This document shows positions 55,741 through 64,000 of a DNA stretch of 64,000 nucleotides, in pieces. The position numbers and the translations under genes are program-made. The stretch is from an uncultured Acidobacteriota bacterium (GTDB taxonomy: Bacteria; Acidobacteriota; JAQAZP01). Numbering within the stretch: position 1 is the stretch's first letter; each line of letters begins with the position of its first letter. The notes under the pieces were generated by a model. It searched no databases. It was not told where the DNA came from and saw only the letters and a list, made by a program, of their open reading frames with translations. Where the stretch lies: the NCBI GenBank assembly GCA_963836075.1, contig CAWIIB010000009.1, forward strand, positions 672,001-736,000. The letters are read 5' to 3'.

Positions 55741-57345
55741 TCAGTCTCCCCGGGCCTGACCGGTGGCCGTCTCCGCGACCTCCGGTGCCATCCGGTCGGC
55801 AGGAATGGAAACACTGGGCAGGAGGACGGTGAAGGTTGCGCCCTGTCCCTCGGTGCTCTCCACCTTGATGTCTCCCCCGTGCTTTTCGATGATCCCCCTG
55901 GAGACGGACAGCCCCAGTCCGGTCCCCTCGCCGGTGGCCTTGGTGGTGAAAAAGGGGTTGAAGATCGAGCCGATCAGGTGCTGCGGAATTCCGGTGCCGC
56001 TGTCGGTGAAACGGGCCGCGATGAAACCGGTCTCCTCGCCCTCTTTCGTTTCAATGCGCAGCGTCCCGCCCCCGGGCATGGCGTCGATGGCGTTGAGAAT
56101 CAGGTTGAGGAAGACCTGGTCCAGCAGCTTGCGGTCACCGTAGATCGGCGAGAGGGTCTTCTGCAGGTTCATCTCCAGTCTGATCGTCTGCATCTTTATC
56201 TGGTTCTTGGCCAGCTGGACCGTCTCGTCGATGATCTCGTTGATATAGACGTACTCATGCTCGGCTTCGCTCTGCCGGGCAAAGTCGAGCAGGTTCTGGA
56301 CGATCTTCTGCGCCCGCTCGCCCTGGGTCACCAGGTCCTCCATCATCTCGTCGATCTCCTCCCGGCTCAGATCGTCGAACCCCTCGCGCATCACATCCGC
56401 GGTGATGATGATGTTGTTCAACGGGTTGTTCAGCTCGTGGGCAATCCCGGCGGTGAGGTTGCCGATCTCGCGCAGCTTCTGCGACTCCATCAGGATCTTC
56501 TGCCGCTTGTTGATCTCGTACATCATGTGGTTCAGGGCGATGGCCAGGTTTGAGTACTCGTCCTTGTACTTGCGTTTGGGAGTGATGGGTAAAAAGTCCC
56601 CTCCGGCAAAGCGCTGGGTGGCCTCCATCAGACGGTTGAGCCGCAGCACGAGGTGGCGGTTGATGTGCACGGCAATGAAGACGAACAGAACCAGCATAAT
56701 CCCCAGCAGCAGGATGAAGATGCCGGTCATCCGTTTCAATCTCACGATCACCAGTTCCCGTTCCTTCTGCGAGATATACAGGACGCGTTCAAGGGCGATG
56801 GAGCCGTGGTAGCGGATCCGATCGGAGAGATAGGTAAACTCGTCCGATTTGCGAAACCGCTCATCGTTCCCCCTTTTTTGCATCTGTTCGGCCACTTCCG
56901 CGTACTCTCTCAGGTTGACCCGAACGCCTTCGATCTCATCCGCTCCCACCACCCGGCCAAGCTCGATGGATGCCTGGTCCAGCAGAGTGCCGGCAATGGC
57001 CAGGTGCTCCTCGATTTCAGACAGGTCGGTGTTGTAGAGGAAGAAGTTCTTCTCGATCCGCCGCACGTGCTGGATTTCATTGGACAACCGGTCGGCGATG
57101 GAAATGTAACGGATGTGGTCCTTGATCAAGGTGAACATGAATATCCCTGATGCGGCAATGGTGGCGCTGATCACGAAAATACTGAAGAGAATGAGGGCGA
57201 GCCTGGTCTTGATGGTGAAGCTGGGGCGCTCGAGGAGGGATTGCCTGATCCTGGTCTCCTCGGCGTCGATGTCTGTACTGGAAGATGTGGAACTGCTCCG
57301 GGAGGGCATGCCGGATTTCAGCTGCTCTTGATCAGAGTTTTCCAT
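55741..57345 (-). CDS. NtrB-like sensor histidine kinase (2 TM, HAMP)
   Basis: AGIAHELNNPL, QVFLNLILNA, FNPFFTTK, GTGLGLS; start at 57345 or 57309. Confidence 0.92.
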   Translation of the reverse strand: MENSDQEQLKSGMPSRSSSTSSSTDIDAEETRIRQSLLERPSFTIKTRLALILFSIFVISATIAASGIFMFTLIKDHIRYISIADRLSNEIQHVRRIEKNFFLYNTDLSEIEEHLAIAGTLLDQASIELGRVVGADEIEGVRVNLREYAEVAEQMQKRGNDERFRKSDEFTYLSDRIRYHGSIALERVLYISQKERELVIVRLKRMTGIFILLLGIMLVLFVFIAVHINRHLVLRLNRLMEATQRFAGGDFLPITPKRKYKDEYSNLAIALNHMMYEINKRQKILMESQKLREIGNLTAGIAHELNNPLNNIIITADVMREGFDDLSREEIDEMMEDLVTQGERAQKIVQNLLDFARQSEAEHEYVYINEIIDETVQLAKNQIKMQTIRLEMNLQKTLSPIYGDRKLLDQVFLNLILNAIDAMPGGGTLRIETKEGEETGFIAARFTDSGTGIPQHLIGSIFNPFFTTKATGEGTGLGLSVSRGIIEKHGGDIKVESTEGQGATFTVLLPSVSIPADRMAPEVAETATGQARGD

Positions 57346-57724
57346 CTGCTTCCAGCGAGGCGGCGGCTTTGTCGATGGCCACCTTGAGGTCCTTCGGTCT
57401 GAACGGTTTGGAGATAAAGTCAAAGGCCCCCTTGGCCTGAGCTTCGCGGGCGATCTCGATGGTGGCATAACCGGTGATCATGATCACTTTCGTTCTCTCG
57501 CCTTTCTCGATCACCCGGTTGAGCACCTCCATCCCGTTGATGTTGTCCATCCGGATGTCGGTAACCACGATGTCAAATGTCTTCCCCTCGATCCGCTCAA
57601 TCGCCGAGCTGCTGTCGACAAATGTCTCCACCCGGTGCTTCGATTTCCCCAGGTACTGTTCCAGCCGCTTGCAGACCACCACCTCGTCATCGATGATGCA
57701 GATGTCCAGACCGCGTTTCGCCAT
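57332..57724 (-). CDS. Single-domain response regulator (REC)
   Basis: IIDDE, VVTDIRM, ITGY, FISKPF. Confidence 0.92.
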   Translation of the reverse strand: MAKRGLDICIIDDEVVVCKRLEQYLGKSKHRVETFVDSSSAIERIEGKTFDIVVTDIRMDNINGMEVLNRVIEKGERTKVIMITGYATIEIAREAQAKGAFDFISKPFRPKDLKVAIDKAAASLEADGKL

Positions 57725-57766
57725 CGTTCAGTTCCTTTCGTCCCAGGAGCCCTTTCGTTTGGCCGG

Positions 57767-58831
57767 CTAGGTGGATATCGAGGAGAGTGCCCGGCGGTGT
57801 CTGATGTAACCGCGTCCGACGTTGACCAGGATGATGAAGACCCCGCTGAACCCGCTGAGGTAGAGAATCGCCTTGCTGATCGAGTTGAGCGTGGGATACA
57901 GCTCCGGACCCACCAGCACGAGCAGCTTCAGCTGGGCCAGGTAAATAGGCACGGCCACGGCACGGCTGATCACGCAGAGAATGATGATCACCCCGGTGAC
58001 CAGACGGATGATCCGCTCGTTGACCACCTTGGTGCCGTAGGCGCCGATGAAGACCCCGAGAAGGGAACCAAGGTAGAGCAGCAGGACCAGCCGGATGTCG
58101 ACAAAGCCCTCCATGGCGTAGTTGATCGCGCCAAAGGCGCCCATGAACATGGCCAGGAACAGCTCGGTGCCCGCGGCCACCGCGGTGGGCACGCCAAAGA
58201 CATAGATCATCGCCGGCACCCCGAGGAACCCGCCCACACCGATGGTCCCGGCAAGGTAGCCCACCGAGAGGCCGACCAGCAGGATGACCCAGAGCGAGAT
58301 TCTCACGTCGGCCACCGGGAAGTTGATCATCGGGAAAAGCCTCATACCCGAAAGCCAGGTGGCAATCTTTTTCGACGGCCCGGTATCACCTTCCGCCCGC
58401 TTTCTCAGCGAGTCCCGCAGCATGGAGACTGAAACAAAGAAGAGGACGATGATGAAGACCAGGCTGATATAGAGGTTGGCCGCGGCCCCCGAGCCTTCAC
58501 CGTGACCGCCGCCGCTGCCGAAAAGCGAGGTTGAGATCCAGACCGCCAGCCGGATGCCGAGCAGGGCGGTGACCAGCATGAAGACACCGAGCTTCTTGTC
58601 CACGTGGCCCATCTCACCGTGCTTGCGGGACCCCACCATCGCCTTGCCGAACTTGTGGGTGATGTTCGAGCCCACCGCCACCACGCCCTGCACCCCGAGG
58701 TTCATCATTCCCGGGGTCATGAAGAAGGCCCCGCCACTGCCGATGAAACCGGAAAGCACCCCGCCGATGAAACCGAGGAGAATCACCTGAAAACAGGTGG
58801 TGAGGTCGAGCGCAATAAACAAGTCACCCAT
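57767..58831 (-). CDS. TauE/SafE-family (sulfite exporter-like) membrane protein
   Basis: GVLSGFIGSGGAFFMTP and GYLAGTIGVGG; about 9 TMs. Confidence 0.88.
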   Translation of the reverse strand: MGDLFIALDLTTCFQVILLGFIGGVLSGFIGSGGAFFMTPGMMNLGVQGVVAVGSNITHKFGKAMVGSRKHGEMGHVDKKLGVFMLVTALLGIRLAVWISTSLFGSGGGHGEGSGAAANLYISLVFIIVLFFVSVSMLRDSLRKRAEGDTGPSKKIATWLSGMRLFPMINFPVADVRISLWVILLVGLSVGYLAGTIGVGGFLGVPAMIYVFGVPTAVAAGTELFLAMFMGAFGAINYAMEGFVDIRLVLLLYLGSLLGVFIGAYGTKVVNERIIRLVTGVIIILCVISRAVAVPIYLAQLKLLVLVGPELYPTLNSISKAILYLSGFSGVFIILVNVGRGYIRHRRALSSIST

Positions 58832-58848
58832 GTTGATTCACCCGTTGA

Positions 58849-60363
58849 TCAGTCGAACTTGAACATTTTGAGCACCGACGAGGTCACGGTGCTGTAAACC
58901 TGCGCGAAGAACGGGACGAATACGAAGACGGCCGCCGTGGCCGCGAGCCGCCACTTCAGCTCCGGCCGGGCAAGGAAGGACAGGATCTGCTCGTCGAAGC
59001 GAAAGACGGAATAGACCGACAGGCCGGTCAGGGCCGCGCAGGCCACCATCCGCACTAACTGTTTGGCCCCGAAGTGATACTTGGAGACGATCTGCTCGAT
59101 GCTCAGCACCGGGACCTTCAGCGAATCCGAAAGGGCGTTCGACCACTCGGTGGTCAGCCGCTTGCGGGTCGAGGAACCCTTGGAGAGGAAGATGCCGTCG
59201 AGGATGATCAGGCGGTAACTCGTGGCCCGGTCGATGGCGTTGAGCAGGGTTTTTCGCGACCCCTGGAGGGTCATTTTCCGGCCGGCCTTACCGTCGCCGA
59301 TCAGCCGCGCGTAGAGCCGGGATATGTCACTCCCTTCGTCCTGGAACGTCGTGTCCTCGTCGTCGATGATCCCCGTCTCGCGCCATCCGGATGACGCATC
59401 TTCGGCCGTGACCTCGACCGCCTCCTCGACCCCGCCTTCACCGTCACCCGGTGTGAACTTGACCAGCTCTACCGCGGCGTCCCAGGCGGCGGCGATTTCC
59501 ATCACCGAACGGTATGACGGGCCCTCGGGCTCGAAGGCCTCCTGGATCCAGAGGATATTGGTGGCGGCCGCGGTGCAGACCACTTCCCGCACACCCTCCA
59601 CGCCGCCGACCAGGGCCGGGATCTCGTCCACACCTTTCACCGCACCATGAGGGTAGGTGACGTGTACGACCCCATCGTCGGCCCGCACCGTGACATTGAG
59701 CCGGCGCGTCTTCTCGTCATCGGCAAGCCGCAGGCGGCACTTCGAGGCAAGCAACAGGTTGCGCAGCGCCGCCGACGTCGCCGGCGTGGGCTGGAACTCG
59801 GGAAGCTGGGCCATGGAAACCGCGGCCAGGGCCGCGTTCTGGCTGCTCATGTGGCTGAGGTTGAGCACCATGTCGTAAAGAGTGAAGACCTCCCAGTCCA
59901 CGTTGTAGAACTCGCGGACCCACAACCGCCGGTCGTCCTCGACGCTTTCGATGTATTTCTTGGCCTTCTTCCGGTCGAGGCTGAGGGTCTCGCCGACCAG
60001 GTTGATCCGCGATTCGAGGTCGAGAACCACCCGGATCTTGAGGACGTGGTCCACACCGGGCAGCAGCAGGTGTCCGGCCCGCCCGTGGTAGACGATGTCG
60101 TTCCCCAGCGCCTTTTCACAGAGCAGCGAGGTGGCCAACGCCTTGTAGTGCTCGAGCTCGGTGGAGAGGGTCTCCGACGTCTGGTGGCGCATGACGATGG
60201 CCGTTTCCAGTTTGCCGATGGGAATACGGAGCTTGTTCGCCTCTTCGAACAAGTCTTCACGGCCGATGCAGAGATAACCGAGTTTGGCCGCCAGCGCCTC
60301 GGCGAATTCTCTCCCGTGGGTCTTGCTGCCCCGGGATACGCAGATGATCTTCATCGTGAGCAT
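58849..60363 (-). CDS. Cytidylate-kinase-like - BON-like - C-terminal 2 TM protein
   Basis: IICVSRGSKTHGREFA, IVYHGRAG, D..R..WV..FY..DW...YD.VLN. Confidence 0.78.
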   Translation of the reverse strand: MLTMKIICVSRGSKTHGREFAEALAAKLGYLCIGREDLFEEANKLRIPIGKLETAIVMRHQTSETLSTELEHYKALATSLLCEKALGNDIVYHGRAGHLLLPGVDHVLKIRVVLDLESRINLVGETLSLDRKKAKKYIESVEDDRRLWVREFYNVDWEVFTLYDMVLNLSHMSSQNAALAAVSMAQLPEFQPTPATSAALRNLLLASKCRLRLADDEKTRRLNVTVRADDGVVHVTYPHGAVKGVDEIPALVGGVEGVREVVCTAAATNILWIQEAFEPEGPSYRSVMEIAAAWDAAVELVKFTPGDGEGGVEEAVEVTAEDASSGWRETGIIDDEDTTFQDEGSDISRLYARLIGDGKAGRKMTLQGSRKTLLNAIDRATSYRLIILDGIFLSKGSSTRKRLTTEWSNALSDSLKVPVLSIEQIVSKYHFGAKQLVRMVACAALTGLSVYSVFRFDEQILSFLARPELKWRLAATAAVFVFVPFFAQVYSTVTSSVLKMFKFD

Positions 60364-60400
60364 TCCCCAGCCGGGTTTCCCTCGCTGCAGAGGGTGCGGC

Positions 60401-61234
60401 TCAATCGTGACCGAATACCCCGCCTCTCAACCGGTCGGAGGAGAGGGAGATGTGGGCATCGCACCTGGTGACCCCCTTTACCGACTCGGCTGTTTCGACA
60501 ATCAGGTTTTTCTGCTTGCGGCCCTTGACCAATCCGCGAATAGTGACGGCACCCCTTTGCGCCGCCACTGTGATCTTCTGGTCCCAGATCCGGTCGTCGG
60601 CGGCGATAGCGGCCCGCACCTCCGACTCGAGCAGATAATCTTCCAGGTGGCGTACCGATTTCGGGGTGGTGGCGAACTCCTCGCTTTTGGCCAGCATGAC
60701 AATCATCTCGCAGGCCGTGTCCAGAGAAATGTTGCCGAGGTTGGCGACAAAGTCGTAAAGCGCCGGGTCGTACCAGTCCTTGTCATGGAGAAACTTGACC
60801 CAGCGGCGCCGTTCCTCATCGACTTTGAGCAGGGCCGCGGCAGCCTCCTCCCGCGAGAGACCGGATTCGTCCATCATGTTCTGGGTCCGCAGGTCGAGGG
60901 GGGCTTCCAGCCGGACTTTCAGCACGTGCCGAATCCCGTCCAGGTAGAGCGGGCCGGCGTAGCCGTGATAGATGATGTTGTCCTGCAGAGCGGCTTCGAT
61001 CAGGGAGCACTTGACATAGATCAGGTAGCGGCTGTGCTCCTGGGTCATCCGATGCCAAAGGCTGGGGGCCTCGGTCAGTTTCTGGTAGAGGTCCTCCTCC
61101 ATGATGTTGTATTTCCTGGCGCAGGAGGAGATAACTTCCCGGCTCATGCACTTGTAGCCCAGGCGTTTCTCCAGCTCGTGGGCCAGCATTTCCCCACCGC
61201 TCTTCATCCCCCGGCTGATGGTGATGATGGCCAT
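60401..61234 (-). CDS. Cytidylate-kinase-like protein with BON domain
   Basis: IITISRGMKSGG, IIYHG, D.ERRRWV..L...DW.DP.LYD; BON 'ITVAAQRGAVTIRG...VKGV'. Confidence 0.82.
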   Translation of the reverse strand: MAIITISRGMKSGGEMLAHELEKRLGYKCMSREVISSCARKYNIMEEDLYQKLTEAPSLWHRMTQEHSRYLIYVKCSLIEAALQDNIIYHGYAGPLYLDGIRHVLKVRLEAPLDLRTQNMMDESGLSREEAAAALLKVDEERRRWVKFLHDKDWYDPALYDFVANLGNISLDTACEMIVMLAKSEEFATTPKSVRHLEDYLLESEVRAAIAADDRIWDQKITVAAQRGAVTIRGLVKGRKQKNLIVETAESVKGVTRCDAHISLSSDRLRGGVFGHD

Positions 61235-61511
61235 GGAACCCTCCAATCCTGGGTGGATAGAACTGTAGGTCATTCCGGCTGAAGGTGAGAACGCGAACTG
61301 GAGACGGAACAGGTCCGGATCGAACGCCCGCGGGAAGCGCAGGATATTCGACCGAAACTTGTCAGAAGTCGTTGGAGCCTGAACGAGTCACGAGCGCCGG
61401 TTACTTTAACAATAGGCGTTTTTATTCGCCGGGTCAAGGAACTATCCGGAGAGCAAATCGCTGTCAACGTGTGCCCGGCGGAAGGTCAGGATGTCGATCG
61501 CCTGTCCGGGA

Positions 61512-62228
61512 CTATTGATCGGGTCCTGCTGATTCCTCCTCTGTTTTCTCCGCCACCACCACCAGCTTTCGGCCAAAGAGGAGGGTTGTCGTGTTCTGCG
61601 AAGGGACCGGGCTCTTGCGCCGGGCCTCCACCAGCGTCACCAGCTTGAGCAAGGGCACCAGGAAAGCAAAAGCGATGGAGAGGCTCTGCCGCTTGTCGGT
61701 GGCCACCCGCTGCAGGCGGAAACCGCAGCGGGAGAGCATCCACTGGTACCGGTTGAGTGTAAAGGGGGAGATGTGCTGGGAAGACGGGTCCACCTTGAAC
61801 GGCTCCAGCGGGCCGAAAGAATAGTAATACCCGCCAAAGAAGAAGAGCATGCGGGACTTGAGGGAGAGGATGTTCGGCGTGGTGAAAAGGAGCAGCCCCC
61901 CTGGTTTGAGCACCCGGGCCGCCTCGGAGAAGAAGACTTGGTGGCCGTCGATGTGCTCCACCACCTCCACGGCCACGGCAATGTCGAACTGCGCGTCGTC
62001 GTACGGCAGCCGTCCCGCCTCGTCGATGCACCGGCACTGGACGCCCTCGATCTGGAACTGTTCGGGGTTCGGGTCGCAGGCCTCGACGGCGAGGCCCGCC
62101 TCCTTCAGCCGGGCCGACAGCGCACCCTGGCCGGCCCCTAGGTCGAGGGCGCGGAGGCCGGGCCGCTTGAAGTCGATACATTGGGAGAGCAGGGACACCA
62201 CCCGCCGGTGGGTCCCCCTGACCGCCAT
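61512..62228 (-). CDS. Class I SAM-dependent methyltransferase
   Basis: ALDLGAGQG, LPYDDAQFD, EVVEHI, RVLKPGG..TTPN. Confidence 0.88.
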   Translation of the reverse strand: MAVRGTHRRVVSLLSQCIDFKRPGLRALDLGAGQGALSARLKEAGLAVEACDPNPEQFQIEGVQCRCIDEAGRLPYDDAQFDIAVAVEVVEHIDGHQVFFSEAARVLKPGGLLLFTTPNILSLKSRMLFFFGGYYYSFGPLEPFKVDPSSQHISPFTLNRYQWMLSRCGFRLQRVATDKRQSLSIAFAFLVPLLKLVTLVEARRKSPVPSQNTTTLLFGRKLVVVAEKTEEESAGPDQ

Positions 62229-62295
62229 TGATCGCGCCACGAGAATCCCCCTTCTTGCAAAGCTTATACCGGCGCCGGGGGATAAGAGAAGGGGT

Positions 62296-63309
62296 TCACG
62301 CCTTGAGCACGATGCGATAGCGCGCCTTTCCCGACTCCAGGCGGGCCAGGGCGTCATTGACGTTCTTCAGGTCGAACTCCTCGGTGACCGTCTCGATGCC
62401 GTGCCGGGCACAGAACTCGAGCATCTTGCGGTTCAGGGCCGGCGAACCCAGCGGGCTGCCGGAGATCGACTTCTGCTGACCGATCAGGGTGAAGGCCGGC
62501 ACCGGGATCGGCTCGAGCACCGCACCCACGGTGTGCAGCACGCCCCGGGCGCCCAGAGCATCGAGATACGACCCCCAGTTGAGACTGACGTTAGTGGTGT
62601 TGAGGATGAAGTCGTAGGTGCCGGCCGCCTTGGCCATCGCCTCGTCATCCCGGGAGTTGACCACGTGATGGGCGCCCATCCCCCTCGCCTCGTCCGCCTT
62701 GTCGGGGGAGGAGGTGAAGGCGGTGACCTCACAGCCCCACTTGGCCAGGAACTGCAGCGCCAGGTGGCCCAGGCCGCCGATGCCGATGACTCCCACGCGG
62801 TCCGTGGGTTTGACCCCGGCCTGGACGATGGGGTTGAAGACGGTGATCCCGCCGCAGAAGAGCGGGCCGGCCTTGGCGGGGTCGATGGATTCTGGGATCA
62901 GGGTGGCCCAGGTCCACTGGCAGCGCACCATGTCGGCAAAGCCGCCGTGGCGGCCCACAACAGTCCCCTCGTTGGAGCCGCAGAGGTTGTGGTCGCCGTC
63001 GAGGCAGTGGTCGCAGTGCATGCAGCTGCCGGAGAACCAGCCGAGGCCCACCAGGTCGCCGACATTGATACCGCGGACAAACTCGCCGGCGGCCACCACC
63101 CGGCCCACCACCTCGTGCCCGGGCACCAGCGGGTACTGGCTCATCCCCCATTCGTTGTTCAGCATGCTCAGGTCGGAGTGGCAGATGCCGCAATACTCCA
63201 CCTGGATGTCCACCTGGTCGGGCCCCAGTTCGCCCAGCTCGAAGCTGAACGGCTCAAGCGCCCCCTTCGCGTCCATCGCCGCATAGGCGTTTACCGTGGT
63301 TGTGCTCAT
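62296..63309 (-). CDS. ahr: Zn-dependent NADPH aldehyde reductase
   Basis: CGICHSDLSMLNNEWG..QYPLVPGHE, CMHCDHC...C, GIGGLGH, ARYRIVL. Confidence 0.9.
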   Translation of the reverse strand: MSTTTVNAYAAMDAKGALEPFSFELGELGPDQVDIQVEYCGICHSDLSMLNNEWGMSQYPLVPGHEVVGRVVAAGEFVRGINVGDLVGLGWFSGSCMHCDHCLDGDHNLCGSNEGTVVGRHGGFADMVRCQWTWATLIPESIDPAKAGPLFCGGITVFNPIVQAGVKPTDRVGVIGIGGLGHLALQFLAKWGCEVTAFTSSPDKADEARGMGAHHVVNSRDDEAMAKAAGTYDFILNTTNVSLNWGSYLDALGARGVLHTVGAVLEPIPVPAFTLIGQQKSISGSPLGSPALNRKMLEFCARHGIETVTEEFDLKNVNDALARLESGKARYRIVLKA

Positions 63310-63389
63310 TTCACTGTTCCTCGTTGGGATCCGGGCAGGAGGATTCCCTCGCAGAGTAGCGGGAAATCTCTCGCCGCAACATTATAAAT

Positions 63390-64000
63390 CTATTGCTTGA
63401 AGATATCTTTCAGAAAACTGTCGAGGTCCTGCCACGATTTCTTGTCCGCCTCCTCGTTGTAGCCCAGCGGCAAACCGAACTCCTGGGCCATTTTGTCGGC
63501 GTCGGGATTGGTGTAGCTGTGCTTCGCACCCTCGTAGGTCATGAATCGCAGGTCGACACCGGCATCCTTCATCTCCTTCTTGAAGGCCTCGATCTGTTCG
63601 GGAGTGGTGAACTGGTCGTCGGCGCCGTTGCAGACCAGGATCTTCGCCTTGACCGTGCCCTTTTCCGCCGGCGCGAGAGCGCCGAGGCTGCCGTGGAAGC
63701 TGGCCACCCCGTCGAGGTCCTTGCCCATCCGTGCCATGTGCAGCACCACACCGCCGCCAAAGCAGTACCCGATGGCCGCCACCCGCTCAGGATCTGTGGT
63801 CGGGTGGTTTTTCAAAACCTCCATGGCCGCGTCGAAGCGGGCCGACGCGGCGTCCAGGTCGGACATCACCGCCATGGCGAACTTCTGCGCGTCGCCCGGG
63901 TGGCCGGCCTGCTTGCCGTCGCCGTACATGTCCACGGCCAGGGCGGTGTAGCCCATGCCGGCCAGTTGGCGGGCCCGCTGGCGGGCGTACTCGTTGTGCC
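63390..64000 (-). CDS. Dienelactone hydrolase family protein (5'-truncated by window)
   Basis: GYCFGG nucleophile elbow, SFHG, GAKHSYTNP. Confidence 0.92.
   Translation of the reverse strand, partial: HNEYARQRARQLAGMGYTALAVDMYGDGKQAGHPGDAQKFAMAVMSDLDAASARFDAAMEVLKNHPTTDPERVAAIGYCFGGGVVLHMARMGKDLDGVASFHGSLGALAPAEKGTVKAKILVCNGADDQFTTPEQIEAFKKEMKDAGVDLRFMTYEGAKHSYTNPDADKMAQEFGLPLGYNEEADKKSWQDLDSFLKDIFKQ

Overview
GC-rich bacterial chromosomal window, probably an uncultured anaerobe or facultative organism (lineage not determinable from sequence alone). It has about 55 genes and no visible rRNA, tRNA, CRISPR, integrase or transposase. Main blocks: (1) modC end, a LysM/87-bp-repeat surface protein, methyltransferases, YyaL, a CBS protein, and a selenocysteine BCP peroxiredoxin missed by the ORF track (in-frame TGA at the peroxidatic site plus a SECIS-like hairpin); (2) a ~10 kb nitrogen-oxide island: porin, octaheme HAO-like cytochrome, Rrf2, DUF438, DUF1858, ric, TetR, qNor, a Cys-rich protein and hemerythrin, with one TAAGT-N8-ACTTA operator before both tetR and qnor; (3) the best candidate for an undescribed system, an 11 kb regulon in which four promoters share the exact architecture (A/T)TGACA-N4-TGTCAT-N18-TTCA-N11-[-10]. 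These drive an OmpR/CusR-type two-component system, a ferredoxin / cytochrome b / Tat-exported Sdh-AprA-family flavoprotein module, a CotH-lamin-tail protein, an EF-hand protein and a DUF1566 protein; (4) two tandem Ser/Thr kinases with near-identical kinase DNA but unrelated C-termini, next to an FHA-GAF-PP2C phosphatase and a STAS protein; (5) a HEAT-repeat protein, an orphan hydrogenase-protease homologue, a Tat aldo/keto reductase, an OTR-like octaheme, a gingipain-like protease, a CMK-like/BON-TauE-TCS operon and an aldehyde reductase. Three genes carry single-base frameshifts that may be assembly errors. All calls come from motif recognition by eye; no database searches were run.
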